Shown here in pieces: positions 1-12,212 of a DNA stretch of 47,373 nucleotides. The notes beneath the pieces were generated by a model. It was not told where the DNA came from. It ran no database searches and saw only the letters and a list, made by a program, of their open reading frames with translations. How positions within the stretch are numbered: position 1 is the stretch's first letter; every line of letters begins with the position of its first letter. Origin of the DNA: Chiloscyllium plagiosum (lineage: Eukaryota); NCBI RefSeq assembly GCF_004010195.1, contig NC_057755.1, positions 10,734,158 to 10,781,530 on the forward strand, read 5' to 3'. Made by a program: the position numbers and the translations under genes.

Positions 1-411
1 CCCACCCATAACCCTCACACCCATCACCATCCATAACCCCACTCCCATCACCACGCATAAACCTCACTGCCTTTACCACATATAACCCTCACTCCCAACA
101 CCACACATAAACCTCACTCCCATCACCACCCGCAACCCTCACTCCTCTCACCCACTCATGGACCTCACTCCCATCACCACCCATAATCCTCACTCCCATC
201 ACCATCCATATCCCCCACTCCCATCACCAACCATAAACCTTACTCCCATAATGACCCATAACCCTTGCTCTCCTCACCACCCATAACCCTCAATCCCATC
301 ACCACCTATAACCCTTACTCCTATCAACACCCATTGCCCTCACTCCCATCACCACACGGAAACCACCCATAACTCTCATTCCGATCACTACCCTTAACCC
401 TCACTCCCATC
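1..411. repeat. C-rich minisatellite, ~25-bp unit (CCATAACCCTCACTCCCATCACCAY), ~16 degenerate copies, runs off the window start
   Basis: CCATA recurs at 25-bp spacing (e.g. 6, 31; 181, 206). Confidence 0.9.
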
Positions 412-519
412 AGTGACCAGGAGGGAAGCTTCAGTTGTTTTTTTTTGAAACAATGAAGGTTTGAAACAGAGCCTAATGGAAGTGCATAAGAATGAGTGAA
501 CAGAGCCTAATGAGAAACC

Positions 520-830
520 AGTTGGTCCCCTTCGTTGAAGGATCAATAACAAGGGGACATAGTTTCAAAGTGAAAGCCAGGAGGTTTGGAGGGGATTTGA
601 GGTATAACCTTTTCATCCAGAGGGTTCAGGGGAACTGGAATGTGCTGCCTGGGAGGCCGGAAACCTCACAACCTTTAATAAGAACTTGGATGATATCATT
701 AAATGTCACAATATTCAAGGCAATTGGTCTAAAGTGGGACTGTGGGCTGAGGAGAGGAAGTTGTATCATTTTGGCAGGGACAGGCTTGACTGGCTGAAGG
801 TCCTCTTCTGTACTGAATGGTTCTATGATT
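520..830 (+). mobile_element. Old CR1-type LINE 3' fragment
   Basis: Translates to TRGHSFKVK..RFGGDLRYNLFIQRVQGNWNVLP, the CR1 ORF2 C-terminal signature, followed by a 3' tail ending TTCTATG. Confidence 0.8.
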
Positions 831-1330
831 CAACCACATTTTCACGGAACACTCATTGATTAGAAATACCATGGTAACAGGATTAACAATGAACTATTTG
901 TTCATTAAATAACGAAGACAAAGTCTTTCTTACGAACGCACCTTTATTATAAACTGATAATGTACAAGGTATAGCCTGTAGCAGAATAATCTCTGTTGTC
1001 TACGTGAGTTGTGGCTGACAAACACAATCACGGGAGAGCGACCATGGAATAGACTGTGGAGAGTCAGTGACATTTTAGACAATAAGTGTTCAAAAAGGAC
1101 AGAAATATACCGTGTATCTGTAAAATTCCAAAGTTAAAACTAATAGAAAATAGAACATAGAAAAGAACACGATGTTGTGTCGAGGTTTAATCCTGATGTA
1201 AACAATAATAATGTAACCTAGGCACCCCCCCCCCCCCCCCCAACTCACTGCTATCCATGTGCATGTTAATGTGAAAGACAGAGAGAGACCCAGCCTCAGT
1301 CAGAAACTAAACTGAAACTGCAGTCTAAAC

Positions 1331-2389
1331 TTACAGAGGGAATCTTAGTTTGCATGTCTTCAGTTTAGAAAAAGTCTTGAATCTCAGTCTCCATAAATCT
1401 TTAAATACTTCCTTCAGTTCCTCTCTGAATTTCCTCTGGGTTGCTGCATAAATGCAAGTGTTAGGGCAGGAACTCAAAAACTTCAGCATATTTCCAGCCT
1501 CAGTGATGATGTATCTAGGATTGGAGCGATCACCTCGGTAAAAAGAGGTGTTAACTAATCCAGTTATTGCAAAACTAACAACTGCCATCAGCCACAGCAG
1601 GATGAAGCTGCCTGATACGGCAAAGAGTAAAAGGATGGAATGTTTTCGGTTCTCTATCTCGAGGTCTTGATGATTCTTCCCACGTGTCCCTCTCAGTCCA
1701 CTGCGGGCTCTGCTGCCGACCAAGATCCGTCTGATTGTCAGAGAGTTAAACAGTATGATGAATGTAAAGGGAAGCCAGACAACCCAGGCAACATGAAACC
1801 AGGTGTAGGCTGCCCCTGGTGGTGAAGAGAAGAAGCTTTCCCTTGTCCTGCAACCCCACTGCATCTTATCATCATGACACAGAATGATACTGTAACGGTC
1901 ACTGCAGTTTTCTGGGTGCAATGGCTTGTTCTAAGCTTTTGGCAGCAGATAATTACAAACCTGTCAAATGTGAAGCTGACGGTGAACCAAACGGACAAGT
2001 CGATGGTGACGGAGGTTAAATATAAAATTATCTTGCAAATGGGAGTTAAGGCCAATAATGAAAATGGAAAATGAAAGGTGAAAATGTGATATAGCATCAC
2101 ATTGATGAGCATCACCAATAGATCTGCTGTTGCCATGGCTACCATGTAGACAGAGATACACTTGGAAAGGCCACAGTTTCCTTTGAAAAGAATCACAATC
2201 GTCATCAGGTTTGCTGTAGAAATAAAGAAATAGAAGCACAATTACTCAAATATCTTGTTAAAAAATCTATTAATTCGCATTAGTCATGATACTGGCAACA
2301 GTGAATTCGAAATGCTCACCAGGAATACCAAAGGCAGCAAGAATCGGGTAGTAAGTTGTTTTTATCAACAGAATAACTGACTGTCCCAT
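1331..2389 (-). pseudogene. GPR139/GPR142-like class A GPCR pseudogene, two exons (2389-2320; 2213-1331), frameshift/deletion near 1870
   Basis: Exon 1 reads MGQSVILLIKTTYYPILAAFGIP then G|GTGAG donor; a 106-bp intron ends in TCTACAG; exon 2 continues ANLMTIVILFKGNCGLSKCISVYMVAMATADLL...FTFDRFVIICC (DRY-like motif). The frame shifts after FCVM to DKMQWGC...TM5, TM6 and TM7 LSSCPNTCIY...stop at 1331. Not claimed as the true GPR139 orthologue. Confidence 0.88.
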
Positions 2390-2449
2390 TTTATGAGGAT
2401 GAAAAGATCTATGTTAGCTCTAAGCTTCTGGTTAATGGCGAAACCTGTG

Positions 2450-2455
2450 TTTATA
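2450..2455 (-). promoter_or_regulatory. Putative TATA box of the GPCR gene
   Basis: TATAAA on the minus strand about 60 bp upstream of the ATG at 2389. Confidence 0.45.
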
Positions 2456-3827
2456 GATGCTTCAATCCTCCTGAGAGTCAATCATTTATAATTATAGCTG
2501 GTAATAATTATGATTGAGCAACACATGGACTTAAGTAGGTTGTTATGCATGAAACATCAGAATGTTGAAGACAATATTACAACGGTGTTTACTGAGAAAA
2601 TTAAATACCCCTGTGCACCTGCTAAATCTGTTCCTAAGGGATGAATGACAACAGCCAATTGGAGCCTGATCATTACAACCCAGAGACCCCATATTCTAAA
2701 TGAGGAGACAGTTTCAGACCAGGCAGTGACATCAATCCGAACAAACCTGTGAATAACTCGATCCCACAATACAAGTAATGACTGAGGCCCTCTGCTTAAT
2801 GATATGCTTCACTTCAACTTGAGCTGACCATGTCAGCCTCTCAGTCACTTACATTTGGAATAGGGGTCAGCACGTCCCTCCAGTACAAGTGACACTTGAA
2901 ACAATGATGTATCTAACCCTCCTGCTTTTGCCCCACTAATGGTATAAATCACATCTGACACAACACAATTAATCGAATCAAACAAAACAAACAGGCAACA
3001 CCATGGAGTCAGCAGCGGTGACTGCGATTGTGGGTGTGTTCCCCATGTGGACTGGAGTAAATGATAGGCATGTGTTGCAAATCCTCCAGGTGTGGACAAA
3101 AACTACCAGTGGAGGGATATGCAGTTTTGCTCTCCTTACACATTGGGATGAATTGGTGTTTGACTGGGGTTGGTGGACAAAGTTAAAACATGCAATGTCA
3201 GGTGATAGTCCAACAGGTTTATTTGGAAGTATTCATCATGACACTCATCTTTCTTGTTATAAATTTTCTTATAGTCCAGCTCCACAGCTACTGGATGAAG
3301 GAGCAGTGCTCTGAAAGCTAGTGCTTCCAAATAAATGCTTTCCTTTACAGGTAGTTCTATAATGCAGTTCTCATGCAACTTGGTGTATTAGAAAATTGTG
3401 CAATATAAGTAATTGGGCTTTTGGGAAAGAGGCACGGGTGAACCACAAAATATCAGTAAAATCAAAACAAAAATAGTTAGCCTTACAAATATAGCATAGC
3501 CTAAGTAAATTTTTAAACTATATATTTTTTAATGTGAACTTACCACATGAGTACTACGATTACTGACTATAGCACTGTACCTTTTATGAAACTCTTCACC
3601 CCAGAAAGCATGCAGGCTGGCCACATGATACTCATGTGCAAGTCAGGGTTCTAAATGTAGACTATAAACTCTTGTTTCAAGGCTTGCAGAGCTGATTGCA
3701 TTCCTGTTTTAGCTGAACACACTGAATTTGCATTTTCCAAACAGATCCTGAAGCTGTTTTGCTGTTCAGCTGGTGTCAGGGTTTATAAAATTATTTGGTT
3801 ATACAATCTTACTGTTGTCACTATCAG

Positions 3828-4478
3828 GTTCATAGCTCCTTGAAAGTGGAGTCGCAGCAAGATAGGATAGTGAAGAAGGCGTTTGGTATGCTTTCCTTTA
3901 TTGGTCAGAGTATTGAGTATAGGGGTTAAGAGGTCATGTTGTGACTGTACAGAATGTACAGACCACTGTTGGAATATTGTGTGCAATTCTGGTCTCCTTC
4001 CTATCAGAAAGATGTTGTGAAACTTGAAAGAGTTCAGACAAGATTTGCAAGGATGTTGCCAGGGTTGGAACATTTGAGCTACAGGGAGAGGCTGAACAGG
4101 CTGGGGCTGTTTTCTCTGGACCATCGGAGGCTGAGGGGTGACCTTATAGAGGTCTATAAGGGGGCATGGATAGGAAAAGTAGTCTTTTCCCTGGTGTGAG
4201 AGTGTGGTTCAGAACTACAGGACATAGGTTTAAGGTGAGAGGGGAATGGTATAGAAGGGACCTAAGGGGCGTATGGAATGAGCTGCCAGAGGATGTGGTG
4301 GAGGCTGGTACAATTGCAACATTTGAAAGGCATCTGGAAGACTATATGAACAGGAAAGGTTTCGAGGGGTATGGGCCAAGTGCTGGCAAAGGGCACTTGA
4401 TTAGCTTGGGATATTTGGTCGGCATGGACGAGTTGGGCGGAAGGGATTGTTTCCATGCTGTACATCTCTGTTACTCTA
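3828..4478 (+). mobile_element. CR1 (HER1-like) LINE 3' fragment
   Basis: [13 protein letters not shown]...RGDLIEVYK...TGHRFKVRGE ORF2 C-terminus plus a 3' UTR ending CTCTATG. Confidence 0.9.
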
Positions 4479-5935
4479 TGATAATTGCTGGTCTTTGGAA
4501 ATGCCACCCAGTAAGCCCCTCCCTCCTTGGGAATACATCCAGTTCATTTCTGGAGTTAGCACTTGTCTTAATATTCCTGTCCCTGAAACATAAATTGGAG
4601 AATAAGGTCTTTTGTCACAGACAGCTCACGTTTTAACTCCTCATAATATCATGCTGCTAACCAGTGGCTGTGCCTCTTGGTTCTTATATCCACAACTTTT
4701 CAGTCATGCTGATCAGAGATGTTATTACACCAGTTAGAGCAGATGGTTCGGGACCCCAGGTCTCCTGGCTCAAAGAAAGGATCACTGCCACTCCCACTAG
4801 AGCTCCCAGTGCCTCTGTCGTACCGTGGAAAATTTACCAGCACCAGTTGCCCCCAGTGGGAGGAGTTACCACATGATAAAATGCTGGCCCTCAATGTCAC
4901 CCCAACACATTGCAAAGAGCTGAAAATAAAACGTCACATGTGTTTGAGCCTTCGAAGACTGAGAGCAGACAGATCAGAGTGAGGGTGAGATGGACAATGA
5001 CAATGTGACTCAATTGGGCTGTTATTGTCATGTTTCCTGAATGAACACAAGTGCTTAGTCAAGTGTTCACCAAGTTGGAATTATGTTCCACAAAGACAGG
5101 AAGTGGAGTATTGAACAGTGAGGACAGTGTATCGACATTTTTAAAAGGAGCAACAGATTTGATGGATTTCTGTCGGGACTCTTCGGGATCCAGAGACTGA
5201 GAAAGGAGACAGTGAGACGGTTGATTTTGTATCTCTTCCCTTGACACACACAGGCTATTTCCAGTCTGTGGTACAAGTCCCGAAATGCACTTCCGTAACT
5301 GGACTGATTCTAATGAGCATCCCCCCACCATGCGGACCAAATCATGAGAAAATAATTTATTCACCCTCTTTCATTCTGTTATTACAGTTAAATCATTTGA
5401 TGCATGAATCCACTTCAACCTTTTCAGTCCTTTCGCAGAGAATAGATTGTTCTTCAAGCTGAAAAATAAATTGCAATAATTATCAATAAGGAGTAGCTTC
5501 TCATAATGATGATGCTTAAGACGTTACAATTTTAATTTTTTTTACAGCCACTTTGAAAACTATTGTATTTATCAATGAGTGACACCCAACTGCTGAGGAT
5601 AAAGCTATTGAGATTTCCTACTTGTGATTTAGAGTCATAGACTTAGACAACATGGGAACAGACCCTTCACTCCAACACATTAATGCTGCCCTAATATCCC
5701 AATCTGTTTGAGACCAAATTTGGCAGGGGAACTATTTGTGAGACTGATTGTATGCTAGTGAAGCATCAAGAATTAAGTTTAAATCAGTATTGTATGTGTC
5801 CTTGTGAAAAACTGTTAAAGTTGACAGAGATGTCTGAGAATATTTTCTCGGCTTTTATGTTAGGCTTGCAAAACGCCTGTTACCCTTCAGTTACTGTTGT
5901 CTGAGGTGGTACACTTCTTAAATATCAAATCATCA

Positions 5936-6265
5936 GGGCAGCACAGTGGCTCAGTGGTTAGCACTGCTACCTCACAGGGCCAGTGACCTGGGCTCGATTC
6001 CAGCCATGGCAACGGTCCGTGTGGAGTTTCCACATTCTCCTTGTGTTTCTGTGGATTTGCTCGAGGTTTTAGGCTTCCTCCCACAATCCAAAAATGTACA
6101 GGTTCAGGTGAATTAGCCATGCTAAATCACCCATAGTGTTCAGGAATTTGGAGGTCAGGTTCAATAGTCGGTGTAAATACAGAGCAATAGGGTAGGGAAA
6201 TAGGTCTCAATGGGATACTCTTCGGAGGGTTGGGCTGAACAGCTTGCTTCCTCACTGTTGGGGCT
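5936..6265 (+). mobile_element. HE1/V-SINE-type tRNA-derived SINE (intronic in the NLR)
   Basis: GGCAGCACAGTGGCTCAGTGGTTAGCACTGCT head with A/B boxes, V-domain GTGTGGAGTTT..CATTCTCC, LINE-derived tail. Confidence 0.85.
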
Positions 6266-7239
6266 CTCTTCGACCTGTGTTTATTGTGCAAATCAAAGCA
6301 CATAAATTATGGAAAAACACTTAAATTACAAACTCACTTGATTTCAGTCATTTGTGTGCAACTCTGAATGAACTGGCATAGTGCAGGAACAGATTGATCT
6401 GTCAGCCTGTTGGCATGGTCACCATTTAGATCATCATTGCTGATGTCCATTTTTAACAGCACAGTATTTTCACGAAGAGCAGAGATTAAGATTTCCACGC
6501 AGCCATCTGTGAGATTATTCAATTTTAAACTGCGTTGATTGAAGGAAAAACACAAATTACATTCCCAGTAACACTCACAGAGGAAAATGTTAAAATAAAG
6601 GCCAACTTGCAAGCAATCACATTAAACTGCCAAGTTAATTGTAATTGTTCTTTTATCAGCTGTTCGTATGTCTAAATTAATACTAGAATAGTAGAAATGG
6701 AAGTGTAACATTTGCTGAGAATTACTAACACGTACATTAAAATTTGTGTTGATAAATAACTTGCATTGTTTGATTCAATTACTTACGACAATGTCTGTAA
6801 TTTGCATAATAAGTTCTTCAGAATGGCAGAGAGATGTGTCACTCCCAAATCCCCCAGGTTATTCATGTTGAGACTGACAAAGAATAAAAAGGAAATAATT
6901 CATAGGGAAAAATTAGTAGGATTGGAAATGTTCACAGGTGTGTTTTGGTAATGTGGGATGGGAAGAAATGAGATAAAATTTAATTGAGTTTCAAGGCTTG
7001 TGTCTATTTGTTTTTGTGGGAATATTACTGAGCCTCAGACGGTACAGATTCTTCACTCAATTGTAATTGTAAAGGCTGGATTTAGAATGTGTGACACTCA
7101 AGAAAATCGTGTTGCATAATGCGCGACACAATGGATGGCTGAACAAAGTTAATCACACGAAAGGACAGAAGAATCTTCAAATCCAAGCTAGAGAGTAAAA
7201 GGGAACAGCAAACAATCCTGATGGGTTTTTAATGGTATG

Positions 7240-7650
7240 AAGGCAAGGTTTAGTTGGGCTTCACCAGGGCATTTTATTGGAAGTCTCGCTTCTTTTCAGA
7301 TGTGTTAATGGCCTAGAGGTAGATGCTCAGGAAAAAAAAAATTCCAAGATACGATTTCCGCTGATAGAGTATTCTAGAGCAATATGTAATCTGAGAATTA
7401 GGACCAGACTGTTCAAGAAAGATGTGAGGAATCACTTCTACACACAAAGGTTGGGAGAGTTTTGTAACATTGTTCCACAGACGGCAGTGGAATAGTTGTT
7501 GATTTTAAATTGGAGTTACATATATTTTTGTTGAACAAAGATACTAATGAATATGGGCCAAAGGCAGCTTTGTGGAGTTCGGACACGGATCAGCCTTTGA
7601 ATGGCAGAACAGGTCAAGGGGCTGAATGGCCGACTCCTGTTCTGGTGACT
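7240..7650 (+). mobile_element. Old CR1/L2-type LINE 3' fragment
   Basis: NLRIRTRLFKKDVRNHFYTQR ORF2 end; tail GGGCTGAATGGCCGACTCCTGTTC. Confidence 0.7.
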
Positions 7651-7868
7651 GTTTAAAAATGACCAACAAGGTAGTCAAAATCTTGTCATGTCTAACCAAA
7701 TAATGCCACCGGGTGTTATTTTCTAATCACAAAGTTTGCGGATTAAACTATCCCATAAACACCCCCCTCATTATTCTCATCCCATTACCCAGCATCGCTG
7801 AGAACAGCGTTATACACTTTGGCATCACACATGCCCGTCTTCCAAATACAGTACTGTTTTATTGTCCG

Positions 7869-8962
7869 GGAGAAAGTGAGGACTGCAGATGCTGGAGATC
7901 AGAGCTGAAAATGTGTTGCTGGAAAAGCGCAGCAGATCAGGCAGCATCCAAGGAGCAGGAGAATCGATGTTTCGGGCATGAGCCCTTCTTCAGGAATGAG
8001 GAAAGTGTGCCAAGCAGGCTAAGATAAAAGGTAGGGAGGAGGGACTTGGGGAGGGGTGTTGGAGATGCGATAGGTGGAAGAAGGTTAAGGTGAGGGTGAT
8101 AAGGTGAGGCTGATAGGCCGGAGTTGTGGTGGGGGCCGAGAGGTCAGGAAGAAGTTTGCAGGTTAGGAAGGTTGTGCTGAGTTCGAGGGTTGGGACTGAG
8201 ACAAGNNNNNNNNNNNNNNNNNNNNNNNNNNNNNNNNNNNNNNNNNNNNNNNNNNNNNNNNNNNNNNNNNNNNNNNNNNNNNNNNNNNNNNNNNNNNNNN
8301 NNNNNNNNNNNNNNNNNNNNNNNNNNNNNNNNNNNNNNNNNNNNNNNNNNNNNNNNNNNNNNNNNNNNNNNNNNNNNNNNNNNNNNNNNNNNNNNNNNNN
8401 NNNNNNNNNNNNNNNNNNNNNNNNNNNNNNNNNNNNNNNNNNNNNNNNNNNNNNNNNNNNNNNNNNNNNNNNNNNNNNNNNNNNNNNNNNNNNNNNNNNN
8501 NNNNNNNNNNNNNNNNNNNNNNNNNNNNNNNNNNNNNNNNNNNNNNNNNNNNNNNNNNNNNNNNNNNNTGGAGGTTGGTGGGGTGGTAGGTGAGGACCAG
8601 TGGGGTTCTGTCCTGGTGGCGGTTGGAGAGGCGGGGCTCAAGGGTGGTGGAGCGGGAAGTGTAGGAGATGCAGTGGAGAGCATCGTCAATTACGTCTGGT
8701 GGGAAATTGCGGTGTTTGAAGGAGGCCATCTGGGTTGTTCAGTATTGGAACTGGTCCTCCTGGGAGCAGATGCAGCGGAGACGAAGGAATTGGGAATATG
8801 GGATGGCGTTTTTACAGGGGGCAGGGTGGGAGGAGGTGTAGTCCAGATAGGTGTGGTAGTTGGTCAGTTTATAGTAAATGCCCGTGTTGATTCGGTCGCC
8901 CGAGATAGAAATGGAGAGTTCTAGGAAGTGGAGTGAGAAGTCTGAGACGGACCAGATAAAAT
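7869..8962 (-). mobile_element. Penelope-like element fragment (contains gap)
   Basis: Minus ORF RNFPPDVIDDALHCIS...RTPLVLTYHPTNL (PLE thumb/linker region); terminal repeat containing CTGAAGA-GGGCTCATGCCC-GAAA on the minus strand at ~7970-7994. Confidence 0.8.
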
Positions 8963-10371
8963 GTCCGCCTCAATAATTCTACAGATATGGGTAATGTGCA
9001 AAAGGGGAGACTGACTGATTAATTCAAAGAAGCAAAATGTCTTTTCAGTGTGTATTCAGATTTTATATTAAGATCTGTTTACTGACAGATCATTGCACAA
9101 GATGGTATTATACCGATGGTTTGATTATGTTTCGTGATTTTATGTCATCATGATTCCATGAATGGTGTGACGAGATCCTATCCTTGTTTAATGTAACATG
9201 AGTTATTTATAGATATTGCTCCAGATACTGCTCCATCACATTATGATGTTACAATGTTATTAAACAATGGTGTTACATTACCTGAGTACTTCACATTTAT
9301 GTAACACTGACTCCAGCTGGTGGATGCCCTCATTTCCTATCCCACAACTATCCAGATCCAGCTCCTCAATCTCCTGAACCATCATTAAGGCTTTTGACAG
9401 AACCGATAAGTCAAAGGTTTTAAGAGGGCACTTTGTGAATCGTAATGTCTTCATTGGAGTTAAGACATCTTTTATGAGCGTGGCATCTCCAAATTCAAGG
9501 AGACAATACAATATTTCAAGGAGACCTTTTTGGTTTCTCTCACTTTCCAGGTTCTGCACATAACTGGTGATTTTTTTCTTTCAGCCAGTCTGATACATTT
9601 GAAGCTGTTTCAGAGTGGACTTCTTCCCAGTAAAACCCAATCTGTTTCACTGAATTTGGTGATGAGAGGCCAATGAAACAACAGGAAACAAATTTAAACC
9701 TGTCGTCCGTGCAGTTGTGCCATTCAGTAAGTATTTTTTTCACTTGGTCAGCTGGTGTACTTTGACATTTAAACAGGGCAGCAACAAAATCCTTCAAAAT
9801 GGGGTGAGTGAACATGTAGCCAATACCATCATTGTCTTGAATTTCTATCATAAATCCCAAGATCCAATTGGAAATAGGGAGCTTGTGCTGATGGAATTGG
9901 CCACTTTTAAATACAAATATTTTATTGCAAATTCCCCAGTAGGCTAAGCTACCCAATCTCAGAAGCACATTGTGAGCATTAACATCATCATATAAACATT
10001 TCTTCAAAAGACAAGTGACATAAGTGAGGAACACCCTTGTACAGGTTGTGAATGCTGGTATCTGGGCTCCTTCTTTCTGCTGGGCTTCCAGTATTGAACA
10101 TAGAACCGAGCAGAAGCGAGGATGATGGCAAATGGTGTCTAATTTCTCATCCTGCTCAATAAAATCTGAAGCAAACCGTCCAGCTGCAGAGCAGCTATGA
10201 GAATGTTGTTTCATTGTGTCTGCACTGAAGCCCAGGATATCGACAACTCAATTTAATCTGACTTTCCCAAGAGTCTGCAGTTTCCATGGGGAACTTGTTC
10301 CCAACACTGAGCAGCCTTTCAGCAACTGCCCTTTTATAAGACTGCACACAATGTGGGATATTTCACACAAA

Positions 10372-10600
10372 TCATATACCCATCCAAATGCCTTTTAAAT
10401 ATTGCAAATGTAACGGCCTCCACCACTTCCTCTGGCAGCTCATTCCATACACGTACTACCCTTTCCGTGAAAAAGTTGCCCCTTAGGTCCCTTTTATATG
10501 TTTCCCCTCTCACCCTAAACCTATGCCCTCTAGTTCTGGTCTCCCTCACCCCAGGGAAAAAAAACTTTGTCTATTTATCCTATCAATGTCTCTCATAATT
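10372..10600 (-). mobile_element. CR1 3' fragment abutting the truncated NACHT exon
   Basis: TRTRGHRFRVRGETYKRDLRGNFFTERVVRVWNELP. Confidence 0.9.
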
Positions 10601-11205
10601 TTGTAAAGTGGTGTTCTTCGTTATCTGTATGTAAGGATACTAGTGAGAAACGGTCATGTCGTTTTGTGGTTAATTGGTGTCCATGTATGCTGGTGGCTAG
10701 GTTTTTGCTTGTTTGTCCAACGTAGTAGTTGTTACAGTTCTTGCACTGTATTTTGTATATGACATTAATTTTGCTTTTTGTCTGTATAGGGTCTTTCAAG
10801 TTCATTAGCTGCTGTTTTAGTGTGTTGGTGGGTTTGTGGGCTACCATGATGCCAAGGGGTCTGAGCAGTCTGGCAGTAAGTTCTGAGATGTCTTTGATGT
10901 AGAGGAGTGAGGCTAGGGTTTCTGGACATGTTTTATCTGCTTGGTTGGGTTTGTTGCTGAGAAATTGGCGGACTGTGTTCATTGGGTACCATTCTTTTTG
11001 AATACACGGTATAGATGATTTTCCTCTGCTTTGCGTAGTTCCTCTGTGCTTCAGTGTATGTTGGCTCATTGAAATAAAGTCGCCTAGAGGGCCTACTGAA
11101 GATGTTACCTAGTAGGGTGACAAAACGTCTGGAAATGAACCTTGCAGCTCAGCGAGCAAACCTACATCCAGAATCTCAACCTGAGCTACAAATCTTCTCA
11201 AAAAT
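10601..11205 (-). mobile_element. Penelope-like element: GIY-YIG endonuclease fragment plus inverted pseudo-LTR
   Basis: NVIYKIQCKNCNNYYVGQTSKNL is a GIY-YIG motif. The adjacent plus-strand segment 11080-11205 carries a hammerhead-like CTGAAGA-TGTTACC..GGTGAC-AAAACGTC. Confidence 0.85.
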
Positions 11206-11427
11206 TGTGCAGTTGTTCCCATTGTTTTATATCATCTCCCACTGCCCATTGAAACTATCCCATTGTCAACATCCCCGAATCTCTGTCTTGATGTGCCTTG
11301 CATTTTGTTTTGTTGAAGCTGTTATAAAATAACAGTTGAGGCTTCAGTTCATGTCTACAATTATTGTTACTTTCTCCTGTTTATGTCCGGGCACATTAAG
11401 TAAAACACACAGTGGATGGCCACTTAC

Positions 11428-11479
11428 CTCACCATATCTGACCAGCTTCCTGAACTTTGAGACACAGCACCAAGATGCA
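11428..11479 (-). other. Candidate 52-bp internal exon (copy A), possibly from the NLR 5' region
   Basis: TATTTCTTTCACAG acceptor and GAG|GTAAGT donor; same length and splice sites in the paralogue at 41446-41497. Confidence 0.55.
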
Positions 11480-11899
11480 CTGTGAAAGAAATACTGAGGA
11501 CTTACAGTAATTATGAAGAAAATTCTTGACCACTGAGACTCATTGTGCAGGAATCCTGACCCAGCCAGGATGTGCTGAAGGAAAAGTAAATGAAGTGCAT
11601 GATCTCCTTTGCTGAGTGGATGAGCACACGTGAACCCAGCGACTCATTCCCCACTGTCTGTAAAATAACCTATTTGATAACTGGAATGAAACTGTGTGTC
11701 AAGTGGTTGCCTTCAGTCATTCCTCTCTAACAAGGGTTGTGTGACATTTGGTGGCTCAGTGGGCTATTGAGTAGACGGTCTATAAGACCAGGAGGAGGCC
11801 ATTCGCGCTCTCAAGTCTTCTCCATTTTTCAAAAGGATCATGGTTAATATGGCATCCCTCACATCTACTTTCCTGCCTTTGACTTCCCCACTGTTCATG

Positions 11900-12212
11900 G
11901 GAGGCATGGTGGCTCAGTTGTTAGCACTGCTGCCTCATAGCACCAGGGTCCCAGGTTCACTTACAGCCTTGGTCGACTGCCTTGGTGTGGAGTTTGCACA
12001 TTCTCCCGTTGTCTGCGTGAGTTTCCTCTGGGTGCTCCGGTTTCCTCCCACAGTCCAAAGATGCGCAGGTCAAGTGAATTGGCCACGCTAAATTACATAG
12101 TGTTGGATGTATTAGTCAGAGGGAAATGGGTCTGGGTGGGTTACTCTTCGGAGGGTCGGTGTGGACTGGTTGGGCCGAAAGGCCTGTTTCCACACTGTAG
12201 GGAATCTAATCT
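11900..12212 (+). mobile_element. HE1/V-SINE-type SINE
   Basis: tRNA-like head, V-domain, tail GGCCTGTTTCCACACTGTAGGGAATCTAATCT. Confidence 0.88.

Larger units (their letters stand above)
5371..10371 (-). pseudogene. NACHT-LRR (NLR family, NLRC3/NLRP-like) pseudogene; exons ~10371-9282, 6529-6338, 5458-5371
   Basis: The large exon encodes SLIKGQLLKGCSVLGTS (sensor-1 region), ILGFS, winged-helix YMFTHPILKDFVAALF, HD2 LLEILYCLLEF and LRR IEELDLDSCGIGNEGIHQL, ending AG|GTAATG at 9282. A 192-bp LRR exon LKLNNLTDGCVEILISALRENTVLLKMDIS has AG/GT in phase 2-2. The terminal exon reads LKNNLFSAKGLKRLK...ITE*. Lesions: in-frame TGA at 10250-10248, frameshift near 9570, 5' truncation. Confidence 0.88.

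Noticed and set aside
3345..3800. Possible Tigger/pogo DNA transposon remnant
   Set aside because: Only a vague resemblance; no paired TIRs or DDE motif could be verified by eye.
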